NCBI GenBank assembly: GCA_030390025.1
Contig: CM059427.1
Location: 9,362,001 to 9,426,000 of the forward strand
Length of the DNA stretch: 64,000 nt
DNA from: Squalus acanthias
Taxonomy: Eukaryota
Direction of reading: 5' to 3'
The notes below the pieces were generated by a model. The model was not told where the DNA came from. It did not search any database and saw nothing but the letters and a program-made list of their open reading frames with translations. Made by a program: the position numbers and the translations under genes. The stretch's first letter is position 1. Every line of letters begins with the position of its first letter. Shown here piece by piece: positions 12,993 to 25,739 of this stretch.

Positions 12993-13734
12993 TTTCAATT
13001 TTTCTTTCAGGTACTCTTTGGCCTACTGAGGATTTCGACAATTTCCTGTTTTTATTCCAGATTTCCACTATGTTTTAAAATCTCAGTGTAAGTATTACTA
13101 ATTATTAACCACAAGTGGTACCAAAGGGATCGAAACCTGCTTGCAAAAAAACAACTCAGAGTTATCAGCAGGAAACCCAGAATGTGCTTGATTGCTGAAT
13201 ATGATATTACATCCTAAGTAGCAGGTTGACCTACCACTGAAGTTCTGGCTGTACACGGTCCTCTGTGCACATCAAAGGCCTGTAAGTTTCTAAAATGTCT
13301 GCAGGGAAAAGTGCCCCTTTTTTGTATGAGATTTTCTCGTAAGAAATACTTTTTCAACGACATTGTTCACAGCTTAAAGACAAATCAGGGCCCAAGTCTT
13401 CAAAGCTTGGGATATGATTTAATGTGGCAGCTGTTTTAAGCTATTTAAATTTACTGCAATGGCCAAGGACAGAGTTGCAAGATGATCTACCTTTCAGAGA
13501 AATGGAATATGTACTTTACACTCCACTTCATTGTACAAGCATTTTAACATAGCTCGACACTAACTCCAATGATTAATGATTCAATATTAAATTGAAGAGC
13601 TGGATACACAGTCTGTTATGTGATTCTGTTGTAAAATGTTTTGCAATTTCATCGTTCAAAGGTGAACACCTATAATATGTTAGAAAGATTAACTGTAATC
13701 ATCTGGCAGTGTTCTCTGACCATATACGCTGTGC

Positions 13735-13840
13735 CTATATGCATTTCTTCACTTCACCTGACGAAGGAGCAGCGCTCCAAAAGCTTGTGATTTCAAATAA
13801 AGCTGTTGGACTATAACCTGGTGTTGTGCGACTTCTCACC
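13735..13840 (+). mobile_element. Penelope-type pLTR fragment, second family, with degenerate hammerhead
   Basis: tcac-ctgacga-a-ggagc(agc)gctcc-aaaagctt-gtga followed by aataaa. Confidence 0.6.
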
Positions 13841-13902
13841 TATAATTTGGGCTGTTAACAGTGCAATCTGGATTTTTAAAAGTTTCCACTGATGCAAAGT
13901 TA

Positions 13903-15210
13903 GCCACACAAAAGATTATTGCTTAAGGTAAAAAATCACGGGATTGGGGGTAATATTCTGGCATGGATAGAGGATTGGCTATCTAACAGAAAGCAAAGAG
14001 TTGGGATAAATGGTTCATTCTCAGACTGGCAATCAGTAACTAGTGGTGTTCCACAGGGGTCAGTGCTGGGTCCCCAACTCTTTACAATCTATATTAACGA
14101 TTTGGAGGAAGGGACCAAGTGTAACATATCAAAAGTTTGCAGATGATACAAAGATGGGAGGGAAAGTAGTGAGTGAGGAGGACATAAAAAACTTGCAAGG
14201 GGACATAGACAGGCTAAGTAAGTGGGCAGAGATTTGGCAGATGGAATACAACACTGGAAAGTGTGAGGTGATGCACTTTGGCAGGAAAAATCCTAGAGCA
14301 ATTTATTATCTTAATGGCAAGAAACTGGAGAGTACTGAAGTGCAAAGGGATCTGGGGGTCCTGGTGCACGAAACTCAAAAGGTTAGTATGCAGGTGCAGC
14401 AAGTGATTAAGAAGGCAAATGGAATGTTGGCTTTCATTGCTAGGGGGATAGAATATAAAAATAGGGAGGTATTGCTTCAGTTGTACAAGGTATTGGTGAG
14501 ACCGCACCTGGAATACTGCATACAGTTTTGGTGTCCTTACTTCAGGAAAGACATCCTTGCTCTCGAGGCAGTGCAAAAAAGGTTCACTCGGTTAATCCCG
14601 GGATGAGGGGGTGGTCATATGAGGAGAGGTTGGGTAGATTGGGACTCTACTCATTGGAGTTCAGAAGAATGAGAGGCGATCTTATTGAAACATATAAGAT
14701 TGTGAAGGGGTTGGATCGGGTGGATGCGGGGAGGATGTTCCCGATGACGGGTGAGACTAGAACTAGGGGACATAGTCTTAGAATAAGGGGCTGCTCTTTC
14801 AAAACTGAGATGAGGAGGAACTACTTCACTCAGAGGGTGGTAGGTCCATGGAATATGCTGCCACAAAAAGCTGTAGAAGCTACATCATTAAATAAATTTA
14901 AAACAGAAATAGACAGTTTCCTAGAAGTAAAGGGCATTAAGGGTTACGGGGAGTGGGCAGGAATTTGGACATGAGTCTAGGTTCGGATCGGTCATGGCCC
15001 TGTGGGTAGTGGAGCGGGCCCAGGGACCGTGTAGCCTGATTCTGCTCCTATTTCGTGTGTGCAATTCTGTTAGATGCAGGAGATGGTTCTGTGATAGATA
15101 GTAGATTGGCGGTTAGGATCAGATCAGCCATGATCTTATTGAATGGCGGAGCAGGCTCGAGAGGCCGATTGGCCTACTCCTGCTCCTATTTCTTATGTTC
15201 TTATGTTCTT
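13903..15210 (+). mobile_element. 5'-truncated CR1 (RT to 3' end, double-tail family)
   Basis: [28 protein letters not shown]; ends in (ttcttatg)n. Confidence 0.92.
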
Positions 15211-15725
15211 AAACCTGTTCAGTTAACAGGAGAGCATTCAGATAGAATAGATTTAAAAATATTTTGGGATTTTTCTAGTCCCGTTCCTCCAAAAACAACT
15301 TTTAAAACTCACATAGTAGACAGAGTCCCTATTTCTCAAGCTACTTTTATACTCCGCGACAGCCACATTAGTGCTACAAGCTGCTGAATCACAGGTTTTC
15401 TGCAGCTGGCTGCAGCTGAAAGTAAACTTGCCAAGATTCATTCAGGTCACTTCCCAGCTACCAGCCTCAGTTTATTGCAGCAACTTTACTTCCAGCAACC
15501 AACTGTATTAAGATCCACACGGCAGGAGCCAGTGCCACTCGCACAGGCAATTGATTTTGCTGACGTTTGTCAACAATGTTCGCAAGTTAATGCAACAATT
15601 TGTAAGGGATGGATTGGCAAGTCCATTAATTTCCTAGTCAACTGCACCCCCTTCCACTCCCCAAGTTTCCGAGTCCTCCTTCCCATGTTGATTTTTGGAC
15701 TCTGAGGGAGTGGTGCAGAGACAGC

Positions 15726-16478
15726 GGGCTGCATTTTGATACTGGGGCGGGTTGGGGTCGTGTCATCCGCATTTCGTGTTATCCACCCGCCTGCAATTGG
15801 ATGTGGGAGATTGTTGCAATTTTCACTTCATTGTGCAATTGAGTTCCAGCATGTGGGAACCCATGAACCAATTAGTGGTTTCAGTCTGAAAGTCGCCTCT
15901 GATGATGTCATCATTGCAGGTCAGAGACTGCCTGGTCTCAGAGATTGCCTGGCCTTTGCTGTGAGAGGACCTGGATGCAAACTGAGCAGCATCTCAGAGA
16001 ATCAGAGAGAGAGAGAATTTTTTTTGCAACCAATTCCTCCCAGGCAGTCTCTGAAGACATTCAATGCAGCAGCATCAGAGGCGACTTTCAGACCTAATAC
16101 TACTACTACCTTCATCACAATACTACTACTACCTTCATCACATCTCCGTTGTAATAGTGGACCTGCAGCTCATAGTCAGCTATCCACTTGTGCTCCCACC
16201 AGGTTTCACTGGCGTGTTTCACATCAGGCGTGCTTCACGTCGGAAAAGGGTTAAACTAGCTAAAACGTTTCAAAATGGCATTACAGAGCCAATTTAGGGC
16301 TTGTTAAGGGCTTTAATGGCCTCTCCCGCCTCTTGGAGGCAGGACGGAGTCGGGAACCCCGCGACCGATTTTGTCAAAATTGCGTGGAGGCGGGATGGGG
16401 TCGGGACCCCCGAATCTGCAACTTTAACCCCCCACACGCCTCCAAACCCGCCTCCACGGGTCAATGAAAATCCAGCCC
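15726..16478 (+). mobile_element. MITE family A copy 1 (Harbinger-like)
   Basis: TIR gggctgcatttt / aaaatccagccc; colinear with 37372-38071. Confidence 0.8.
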
Positions 16479-18332
16479 CTACAATTTCTGACTACCACTC
16501 TTACCTTTCTAATGCCCTGCTTGCTGGACTTCTTTGGAGGCCCAGAGTTTCTGTGCCTTTGACATCTGCAGGAACCACGAAAGTTGGCACTATCGGAGAT
16601 ATAGGATTCGCTCCCTTTATAGGTTGACTGGTGGTGGAGTAACTCACTATCAACACACCGTCAATGTAAAAGCACATACTAATCCTTGTTACTGATTTAC
16701 ATGTTAGCTTGGTTTATTTGGTAGCCCGCCTGAGCTAGAAAGTTTTGAGCGCTGGACTTGAGCACAGAATCTAGGCTGACACTTCAGCGCAGTCCTGTAT
16801 TATTGGAGGGGTCCATCTTTTGCACTACAGCAATTTGTATTGTGATTTACAGGATTGTTGCTCCTTAAGATTTTCTTTTGCACTATTTTTTTCTTATTGA
16901 AGTTTTGAAATGCTTAAGAAAATTTTGACTGTGATAAATAGAAGCAATCTGTGAGTAGGGTGACTGCTGACATTCTCCAGGGTCAACAGTGCTACAGCTC
17001 ATTTGTGCTGACACAGACTCTCTGCCTCCACTTCGCCCTACACATATTCCATTCATTCAATACACAACAGGCCAAATATGTTGATATTCTCCACATCATT
17101 TCTGAAGTTTATTAACTCAAAGCTTGATGGCAAGTTTTTCTCAATTGGTAAAATGGAGCCAAATGTTTGTTGTTCATCTCAACAAAGATTAAATTATAAC
17201 TCTCTGCAAGTCTACTCTTACACATTATGTGATTAAACTAGTCAAACGACAACTAAATGCATTCTTAAAAATAATGGGACATTACATACCAAAAATATGG
17301 AACAAACGTCAATTGATGAACCTGAAGAACTGGTTATATATTAAGCAAAGACTACATGTTAAAAAAAATCAGCTATACATATTTAACTTCATAATCCTAA
17401 ACTGCTGTGGCCGGAAGATACTATGTCAGTATCACAAGGTGAAGATCTTGGCTGTAGGGTATAGTTCACAAAAAGTGCCACCTAAAATGTGCATTCCAAG
17501 GCTGCAGTAACATTTCCATATCAAAACCTGCGGTAACTTCAGTTAATTTAAAAGGGGAAGAATAACTTGCTAAATTGCCCAATAGTTTCAGTGTTGTCCA
17601 ATAGAAAATCACTGACTACCTACAGGCATGGCTATAGCAACACCACTTTAGCCACATGCACTAATTTTAGTAGAAAACATCTTACACACAATACAGGTAA
17701 ATGTACTTCACATCTGTATATTTACTTCACATCTACCACCATTCAGTAACCAAGGAAATAAAGCACTCAACAATCAAAAAAACTCTCGTACTCTGCTTTT
17801 CGTCTTACCATTATACCAACACACAGAAAGGTTAAAGTACACATGCATACGGCCTGTAAATATAAATATTGAGATCACATGCCCAACGACAGTGTCTATT
17901 GCTCATTTTTGACTTACTAATAGAAATGCAATTTGTCCACATCTGGATTCCCAATTTGTCACATGTGGCTAGTGGCTAACTTTTTGGACAGCACTGTAAT
18001 ATTGCTGTGTGCATTGATCAGTGACTTTCAGTCACCTCTCATTACTGTACCTTGTTTTATATTATAAAACTGTCGGTTAGGAGCAGCCTGGATGCAGGCA
18101 TGTTAAGTCCACCCCCAAGCCCTACCCCCTACCCCCGGGCCTCCAGTAACACCCCTGGTACAATGAGAAAAACTGCCTCCCACAAGCAATAAGTCAAATC
18201 TGCAATTGCAAAGACTGGATTATTAACATTGCAATATGGTTCAATCAATTTTGACGTAATACAAGATATTTCCACATAGGAACAGGAGTAGGCCATTCAA
18301 CCCCTCAAGCCTGTTCTGCCATTCAATTAGAT

Positions 18333-18480
18333 CAGTGGTTCTCAAACGTTATTGGTTGAAGGGTCCTTTTTAAATCGATTAGTAATCACGGACCCCCATC
18401 TAAATTATACTATATAATACTCATTATATAAAAGTACAGCTCCCCTCCCGTGTTATAAAAATTCCACGGACCCCTGTAAC
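18333..18480 (+). mobile_element. hAT(Charlie)-like left-end fragment, after a short CR1 tail (18275-18332)
   Basis: Starts cagtggttctcaaac and carries repeated cacggacccc subterminal motifs; no right TIR found. Confidence 0.5.
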
Positions 18481-18552
18481 ACAACAAAAGTATTCTGTAT
18501 ATAAATTAGTTATACAATTAAACATATACATTTATTATTATTTTTGTTTTAC

Positions 18553-18759
18553 TTATATCCCGGACCATTCCCTGTGTTATGGCCCGGTTCAGTACATTCC
18601 CTGGAGTTTATATCCCACACCATTCCCTGTATTATGACCTGGTTCAGTACATTCCCTGGTGTTTATATCCCAGACCATTCCCTGTGTTATGGCCTGGTTC
18701 AGTACATTCCCTGGAGTTTATATCCCAGACCATTCCCTGTGTTATGACCTGGTTCAGTA
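18553..18759. repeat. 55-bp tandem repeat, about 3.8 copies
   Basis: Unit ttatatcccagaccattccctgtgttatggcctggttcagtacattccctggagt; starts at 18553, 18608, 18663, 18718. Confidence 0.9.
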
Positions 18760-19138
18760 AACCCAACTATAGATCAGAAACCTACCATGTGTGGAATCGC
18801 AGGCACAAATCATTCTGAGACACAGGGTTTGATGCATTGCTTCATCTCTGGACTGCCCTGGTAATCCCATTCTTATTTTTTTTTTTTAAAAAGGAGGGCC
18901 AAACTGATTGCAAAATAACTTCAATAGGACTTGTCCCATAAATGCGCAAGTTAAATGTGAATGGTCTGACCATCCTTAGTATGTACACTCCCAGTGCTAA
19001 GACCTAGCACCACAATATTACACCGTGCTGAAATTTCCAATGATCGATTCTCTTTCATCAATACCAAGAGAAACTTTACCTGTAAAACTAAGGAAAGGTT
19101 TCAAGATCAAATAATAAGTCATAAATTTTAAAACTTAC

Positions 19139-19204
19139 TTCAAAAATTTCAAAACCATATATATCTAACACTCCCATCACCTTCTTCCTCGCTTTGGTTT
19201 GTGC
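19139..19204 (-). CDS. MYO1B: Myosin-Ib exon (66 bp): AQTKARKKVMGVLDIYGFEIFE (switch II)
   Basis: aacag|GCA acceptor, GAA|gtaagt donor; DIYGFE switch-II motif. Confidence 0.95.
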
Positions 19205-20231
19205 CTGTTGAAAAGAACATCAGGCAAGTTAGAAAAATAAATGATTCATTTTATACCATCCAAAATAACCTGCTGTGCATACTTGTAAATGTTTTCCACG
19301 CACATACAAATCAGGTCAGAAACTTAACTGCTATTTATTCCCCCTTCCTATTCATGCAGATCAACCTCGTCTGTTAACCTCATGTCAAACATTGGCTTTA
19401 AGGAGTCTCCTTTCCATTTCTTACATTGTTAAAGGATTAGTTTCTGTAGCAGGAATGATCTAAACTGGCACCAAGTTAAAGATGTTTTGAGTGAGGGGAT
19501 GGAGGCAGAATTATTTTAAAACTCTTGTAGGCCGGATCTTAGTTTTAACTGTCTGTTTTCTCCCACTCCCCAGACCCCCACACCCACCTGCAGACATAGG
19601 TAGTGCTACATTTCAAGACGTTCCTTTAAGTCTAACAGCCGGAATCACAGATCTCTCGAGGACTATGGTAGAGAGACGCTAAAAGCAGAAGTTATTTTAC
19701 AGAGCAGCATAACTGAAATAACTAATCTCTTTTCCCTAACTACATGGAGGGAGTTAAATTTACACTGAAAATACTTTCTCAATCATCACTTTTTATGTAA
19801 GTAAATATTTTTGTGTGTCTAAATTAATAAGAGGTGATATGCTAGAGAATAGACAATGCATCTCACTTGGGAAGTAAAAACCTTTACACATGGTTTGTAA
19901 CTATCACTTTTACTAAAGAGATATTCCCCACTCCGGCAATAAACCCAGAACTCAGTTATTATGAAGGACAGATTTTGCAGGAGGCTAAAGCTTTGATCTC
20001 TTGAAACAAGACACAGGCCTTTGGGGCATTTCAGTTGATTAGGTTTAGAGTAAAAAGATATTCATAAATGGAACGTCACACTGAGACAGCGTGAACTTTT
20101 CATCCAAGTTCCTTTACGAAAATATTTAAATATATAATCTCACTGAAGCTATTCATTTGATAAGAAGGGACATTTGGTTGTTCACATTCTCGGGCACCAG
20201 TGCTCTGCCACCAGTGAACACTAGCCAGTAC

Positions 20232-20318
20232 CTTAATGCTCTCGTTGATTCTGCTCACAAGCCAAGTGAACAACCGATTGTAAAGGTTTTTTGCCAAGGC
20301 ATCACGTGCATAATAAGC
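20232..20318 (-). CDS. MYO1B: Myosin-Ib exon (87 bp): AYYARDALAKNLYNRLFTWLVSRINESIK
   Basis: tttcag|GCT acceptor, AAG|gtactg donor; conserved myosin motif RDALAK.LY.RLF.WLV.RIN. Confidence 0.95.
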
Positions 20319-20458
20319 CTGAAAGAGAGAAAAAACGATTGTTGGAATAGCAGCATTTTAGAACAAAGATCGACACGTTTACTTTTCTAAAGCTTCAATG
20401 AGCATCAGTGACCTCAGGCGGTGCTGCATTTAAAGTGTCAGCAAAATCAGAAGACATT

Positions 20459-20856
20459 GGGCCGTATTTTCCGATCGGAGGCTTCCCGCGTACGGAGGCC
20501 TCTGATCTGGGAAAAAATCTACGCACTTACCTGAGGGCTCCCGAGGTGCGTATAGTTCCGATGCTGGGCCTCTCCAACTCCAAGTGCGCAGGGGGCCTAC
20601 GTATCCCAGAGAGCTTTTACCAGGCGTAAGATTTCTAAGGGTTTTCTGCGGGCGGAGGTTCTCCAGAAAGCGGAACTATCCGCCTGCAGAGGCCCTTCGC
20701 CAGGGCAGGCGTCCGATCTGTCAAGTGCTTTCTTGACAGATCGGAAGTGTCGGTTTTCAGCGCATGCGCTGTGCATGCCTGAAACCGGCATTTCCGATGT
20801 CCCTACGGGTGTTTACACAGCGCGTACCCACCCGTAGGGATCGGAATATCCGGGCC
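20459..20856. mobile_element. CpG-rich MITE (Harbinger-like)
   Basis: 18-bp imperfect TIR gggccgtattttccgatc / gatcggaatatccgggcc; flanks att/atg. Confidence 0.75.
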
Positions 20857-21636
20857 ATGGTCTATACCCATCAAAACGTGACTGCATCCCTTAAAGCATC
20901 TTTCAGTTTTAATATTTTTGGAAATAAAAATTATTGTGAGAAATAAAGAAAATAAAAGAAAATTAAAACCGAATTTAAAATGGAAGAAAGTGTTCGTCTT
21001 GCACAAAATATATTATTTAAATCACCCCATGTCCCCATACATTACAAATTGGGTCATTCTAACAATTCATTCTTTGCCCTCAGCAAGTAAACTAATTGAA
21101 ACAAGTTGAGTTTTTTTTTAAAAAAAGAGTCAAAGTACAATAATGATGCCGGCACACTGCACACACATATGTCCAGGAAATAGCCAAATGGGTAAAGGTA
21201 TTGCTGGGTGTGGCACAAAGACAAGGAGGGCCTGGTGTTGTGCTGAGTTAGCTGATCTCAAACAAAGCAGTAGCTGGGGGGATGGTACAAACGGCCGTGG
21301 TGCCTGGGAGGAAATAAAATCAGTCAGATTGCTACTGCCGATTGCAATCTGGTGATTCCTGTTAGAACATATGTATGCAGATGTTGAGTGTGGACAAGAT
21401 AGGTTTTGGTGTGAAGTCCTTTAGGGCTGATGGCCTGCTGGCCGTCACTATCTCAGCTCACACATAAATAGGCCTTCTGAATGTCAGTGGGGCGGGGATG
21501 AGGGTGGGGCTTTCAGCCATATTCAGGAAAAAAAATATCAAGTCATAAATAAAACAAATGATTTGTAATCCAAAAATTTTAGGTATAATCAGTAAAACAA
21601 TTTTGGAGGCACAAATTAAATACTTTTAAGTAACTA

Positions 21637-22232
21637 ATGCTGCAGTTGTACAGGGCCTTGGTAAGACCACACCTTGAGTACTGTGTGCAGTTTTGGTCGC
21701 CTTATCTGAGGAAGGATGTTCTTGCCATGGAAGGAGTTCAGCGAAGATTCACAAGGCTGATACCTGGGATGGCAGGAATGACATATGAGGAGAGATTGGG
21801 TCGATTGGGCTTATACTCGCTAGAGTATAGAAGAATGAGAGGGCATCTCATCGAAACATATAAAATTCTGACAGGTCTGGACAAACTAGATGCAGGAAGA
21901 ATGTTCCTGATGGTCGGAGAGTCCAGAACCAGGGGTCATAATCTAAGGATAACGGGTAAGCCATTTAGGACAGAAATGAGGAAGAATTTCTTCACCCAGA
22001 GAGTGGTGAACCTGTGGAATTCTCTGCCACAGAAGGTAGTTGAGGCCAAGTCATTAAATATATTCAAGAATGAGTTAGATATATTTCTTAAAGCTAAAGG
22101 TATCAAGGGATATGGGGAGAAGGCAGGTACAGGGTACTGAGTTTGGATGATCAGCCATGATCTCATCGAATGGCGGAGCAGGCTCGAGGGGCCGAATGGC
22201 CTACTCCTGCTCCTATCTTCTATGTTTCTATG
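21637..22232 (+). mobile_element. Young 5'-truncated CR1 (family B)
   Basis: Open ORF2 C-terminus (167 aa) plus tail; near-identical to the copies at 41121 and 51628. Confidence 0.92.
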
Positions 22233-23008
22233 TTATGTAATAAATGTTTAAAACTGTCTTCACAAAGTACAATGCTAAAAAGTAGATGTGAAACGTTAGC
22301 TGCATCCTCAGCATCTCCTCTCCCATGGAACTTCATTCAACCGTCTGTACTTGAATCAGGCAACTAAAGGTACTCCTTGCATCAATGCTTCTCTTCAAGA
22401 TGGAGAAAGAGCTCCCTATGCCAATCAGGGAACGTGCCTGTGTGTGTCACACCATAACTGCAGTTTGCCGTCATTGACATTTATGGATTATAATTGGGGT
22501 ATAGCCCCAAATTTATTTGTTCATTTTTACGGGTGCAGCTATTGAATTTAACCCTAAAGGCAGAAGGTGTAAGTTACACAAGGAGGATGGCTACTTGGGT
22601 GAGGTTACTGGGGAACTGCCAGTGTCCACAGAACTGTGCCTCGGCAAGAGTCAGCATTTTCAGCGATGGGACAAATCGGGACAAACAAAAAAACATTTTT
22701 TTTTTTAAATGAAGTGAGAAAAGGCCATTTGCCATCAGGTCCGGTAGTTCCAAAATACAGTGTACAATCTGTTCCATCATGCAAACAATCCAATCCCGAA
22801 TGAAAGGTTTTGAAATGTTTTTCCCCCAACCCTAACCGTCAATCAAATAAAACTCCAGAATGCCAATCCAATATCCAAATTATTCAGCCTTAATTAGCTG
22901 CCTTCTCTGCCATGACATTGCCAGTGCTCCTGGCAGACAACAACCATCATGTTCTACACAATATTCAATCATCTTTATCTGTACTTAACTGTATTCTTTG
23001 GTGATTTC

Positions 23009-23179
23009 CAATGTTCCCTCTAAATTGTCTTTGTTGTGCACGGCCTGTTTATTTCAATGCGCGGTTCCCTTTAAATTTCCGCACGTGCGCTATTACAAAT
23101 GGAAAAGCTTGTGAGCGGCCTGCGCAGTCCCTTGCAGATTACTGCGGAGCCACGTAAGCGCAGCTTAGAGAAAACATAG
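23009..23179. mobile_element. hAT-superfamily MITE
   Basis: TIR caatgttccctctaa / ttagagaaaacatag; perfect 8-bp TSD gtgatttc at 23001-23008 and 23180-23187. Confidence 0.85.
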
Positions 23180-24011
23180 GTGATTTCCATCTCCATCTCA
23201 ACCATCTTGCCCTTTTTCCTCTGAATTCACTACCTTCCTGTCCTCCCTTAATCTCTCCCTCCCTATAAGCTCTCCAACCCATATTCACAGCCACCCCCTC
23301 AACATTGCCATCCCCTGTGGTCCCTCTACTCCAATGGTCTTTACCACAGACAAGGCCATTTCTTTATATCCCTCGCCACCTACATCCCGGTACCTCCTTC
23401 CCTTACTTCCTTCTATGTCTTTCTCTGGCAAAACTCTCCACCAAGCTGCCAAGTGCCTAAACTTTGGCCCTCTAATCATCACGATACTTCTGCTGCTGTA
23501 GATTCTCTCAATCGCTCCCTTACCCTCACACTTGATGCCCTTGCCTCTTGAAAAACCTTTACTCTTTCCCATCCTGGTAGTTCCCTCTGGTATCGGCCAC
23601 ATCTTCACTCCCTCACGCCCAAGGGGTGCAGACTTGAATGTATCTGGTGCACAACTGGTTTAGGCATCTATCACCAGACATGGTTGGACCTATCAAGCTT
23701 CACTCTCCTCTTCCAAAACTGCCTGCTACTCTAGCATCATCCTGCAGAACAAAAATAACCCCCAACGTCTTTTCTCCACTCACGATCATCTCCTTAAATC
23801 CCTTTCCTTTGCCTCCGCCATCCTCACCAACAAGTGCGAGGAACTCATGGACTTCTTCATCACTAAGATTGAGACCATCTGTTCAACTGCTTTTTGCCGA
23901 TTCCCCTCCTTCCCCTTGCCCACCAAACCAAACTTAGCCCAGGCTCCTAATTTCCCAAGCCCTGAATCTAGTTTCTTTCCTATCTCACCTCAAGACCTCT
24001 CCAAACTCATC

Positions 24012-24829
24012 CGGGGCAATTTTGCCAATGGGGGCACGGTGGAGGCGGGACTGCTGTTTGTCGGGTTTCAGTCCCGCCTCCATCAATTTGTGGCCAACCC
24101 ACGCTATTTTCCCTTGATTGACCTTGTTAAAGCTTAGCAGGCCAATTAAGGGGAAGCCGATTACAGAGAACGTCAGCGTATGACGTTTCATCTGTCAAAA
24201 ATTTTTGACAGATGAATTGTCATTGTTTGACAGCTCTGTGAAACTTATGTGTTGTCTGACTGCTTGCCCAACATGCTCCTAGGAGACGGGTCACTTACTT
24301 AAATATTTGAATGAGGCTGCATGCCTTTGATTTTATCTGTCTTCCAGCTTTCCTGGCAGCTACAGGGAGGCACGGGCTGCTGCATAGAAGAGGTAAGTGC
24401 CCTTCCACCACAGCTTGTGGGCCAAGAGGAGCAGGAGTGCTTCCTCCCGGTCTCCCAAGCAAACCTGTTTCCCACTCCACACGATCGGACCCCCCCACCG
24501 TGCGATGTCTGATCCCCATTCCCCACGATCATCGACACCCGATCTCTCTCCGACACACTGCGATCAACCTCCGACCCTCCAAACCACGCTGTACCCAAAC
24601 CCCCCCTCGTGATCTCTACCCCCAGCAGCAAGAAACCTACCTGCTCCTGGGCTGCGGCCTCCTCTGCTGTGTTCCCCGCCTGACAGGGAGCCGGTGGGGT
24701 ATCTGTTAAAAAAAAACTATGCACGCTGTCGCTGTGGAGTTAAAGCTCCACGCCATTCGACCCGACCAGAACTCCTCTCCCCTCTCCCCCATCCGGCTTG
24801 GAAATCCCCCCCCAGTAAATATCGGGGCC
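24012..24829 (+). mobile_element. Mosaic MITE inserted in L2
   Basis: Left arm matches the reverse complement of 55470-55676; right arm matches 53665-54542; ends ggggcaattttgcc / aaatatcggggcc; flanks atc/att. Confidence 0.75.
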
Positions 24830-25620
24830 ATTGTCTTCAGCCCTTGCTACTGATTCTATCCCCCTCCCTGGCCACGGTCTTGGGTTGAACCGCACTATTC
24901 CCAACCTTGAAGTGAGCTTCTGACCCCATATCCTCTCCATCACAAAGGCTACCTACTTCTAGAATATTGTTTGCATCTGCCCCTGCCTCAGCCTATATGC
25001 CGCTGAAACCCTCATTCATGCCTCTGTCACCTCCAGATTTGACTATTCCCACACTCTCCTGGATGACCTCCCATCCTTTAAGTTCTGTAACCCGCAGATT
25101 ATCCAAAACTCTGTTGCTTGTATGCTATCCTGCACCAAGTCCCACTTAGCCATAACCCATGTCCTTGCTGACCTACACTGGTTCCTGTCCCTCAACGTCC
25201 CTAAATCAAATTTTTCATTCTCAATCTCTTCATGGCCTTGCCCCTTCCTACTTCTGTAACTTCCTCGAGCCCTACAACCCCCGCCACCCCCACAATTCTC
25301 TGTTCTCCGACTCTGCCCTATTGTGCATCCCCCTCCTTTTGCCACACCATTGCCAGCAGTGCCTTTGGCCATCCAGGATACATGCTCTGGAATTCCCTCC
25401 ACCTCTCCTCCACCTCCTCTTTGACCAAGGTTTTGGTCATCCCTCCTACTATCTCCTTCTTTGTCTCATGTCCATTTGTGTCCAATTATGCCTCTGTGAT
25501 GTTTTCTACACTGAAGGTGTTATATAAATGCAAGTTGTTATTGTTATCTTATTTAACACAAAAACAAAGTGTAGCTTGGCTGGCATTACAATGCACATCG
25601 AGCGCCTTTGGCGCGCTTAC

Positions 25621-25739
25621 CTGGGCCACATTTAATGTTGTTGAAACCTTCTCTTGTTTTGCCTCCACAGTTCGGAAACTAAAGGCTCTCTCCAGCACAG
25701 CTTGATCCTGACCAAGCAACTCACAGATCTCCTTCAGCT
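25621..25739 (-). CDS. MYO1B: Myosin-Ib exon (119 bp): (E)LKEICELLGQDQAVLERAFSFRTVEAKQEKVSTTLNVAQ
   Basis: tttgcag|AG acceptor, CAG|gtaagc donor; phase 1/0; translated by hand (not in the ORF track). Confidence 0.95.

Larger units (their letters stand above)
22990..25548 (+). mobile_element. Degraded L2 LINE interrupted by two MITEs
   Basis: GDF.LHL endonuclease remnant, MDFFITKIETI, L2 3' end (tgttatataaatgcaagttgtt). Confidence 0.75.

Noticed and set aside
18553-18759. Regular repeats as a possible CRISPR array
   Set aside because: Head-to-tail units with no unique spacers, no cas genes, and a vertebrate intron context.
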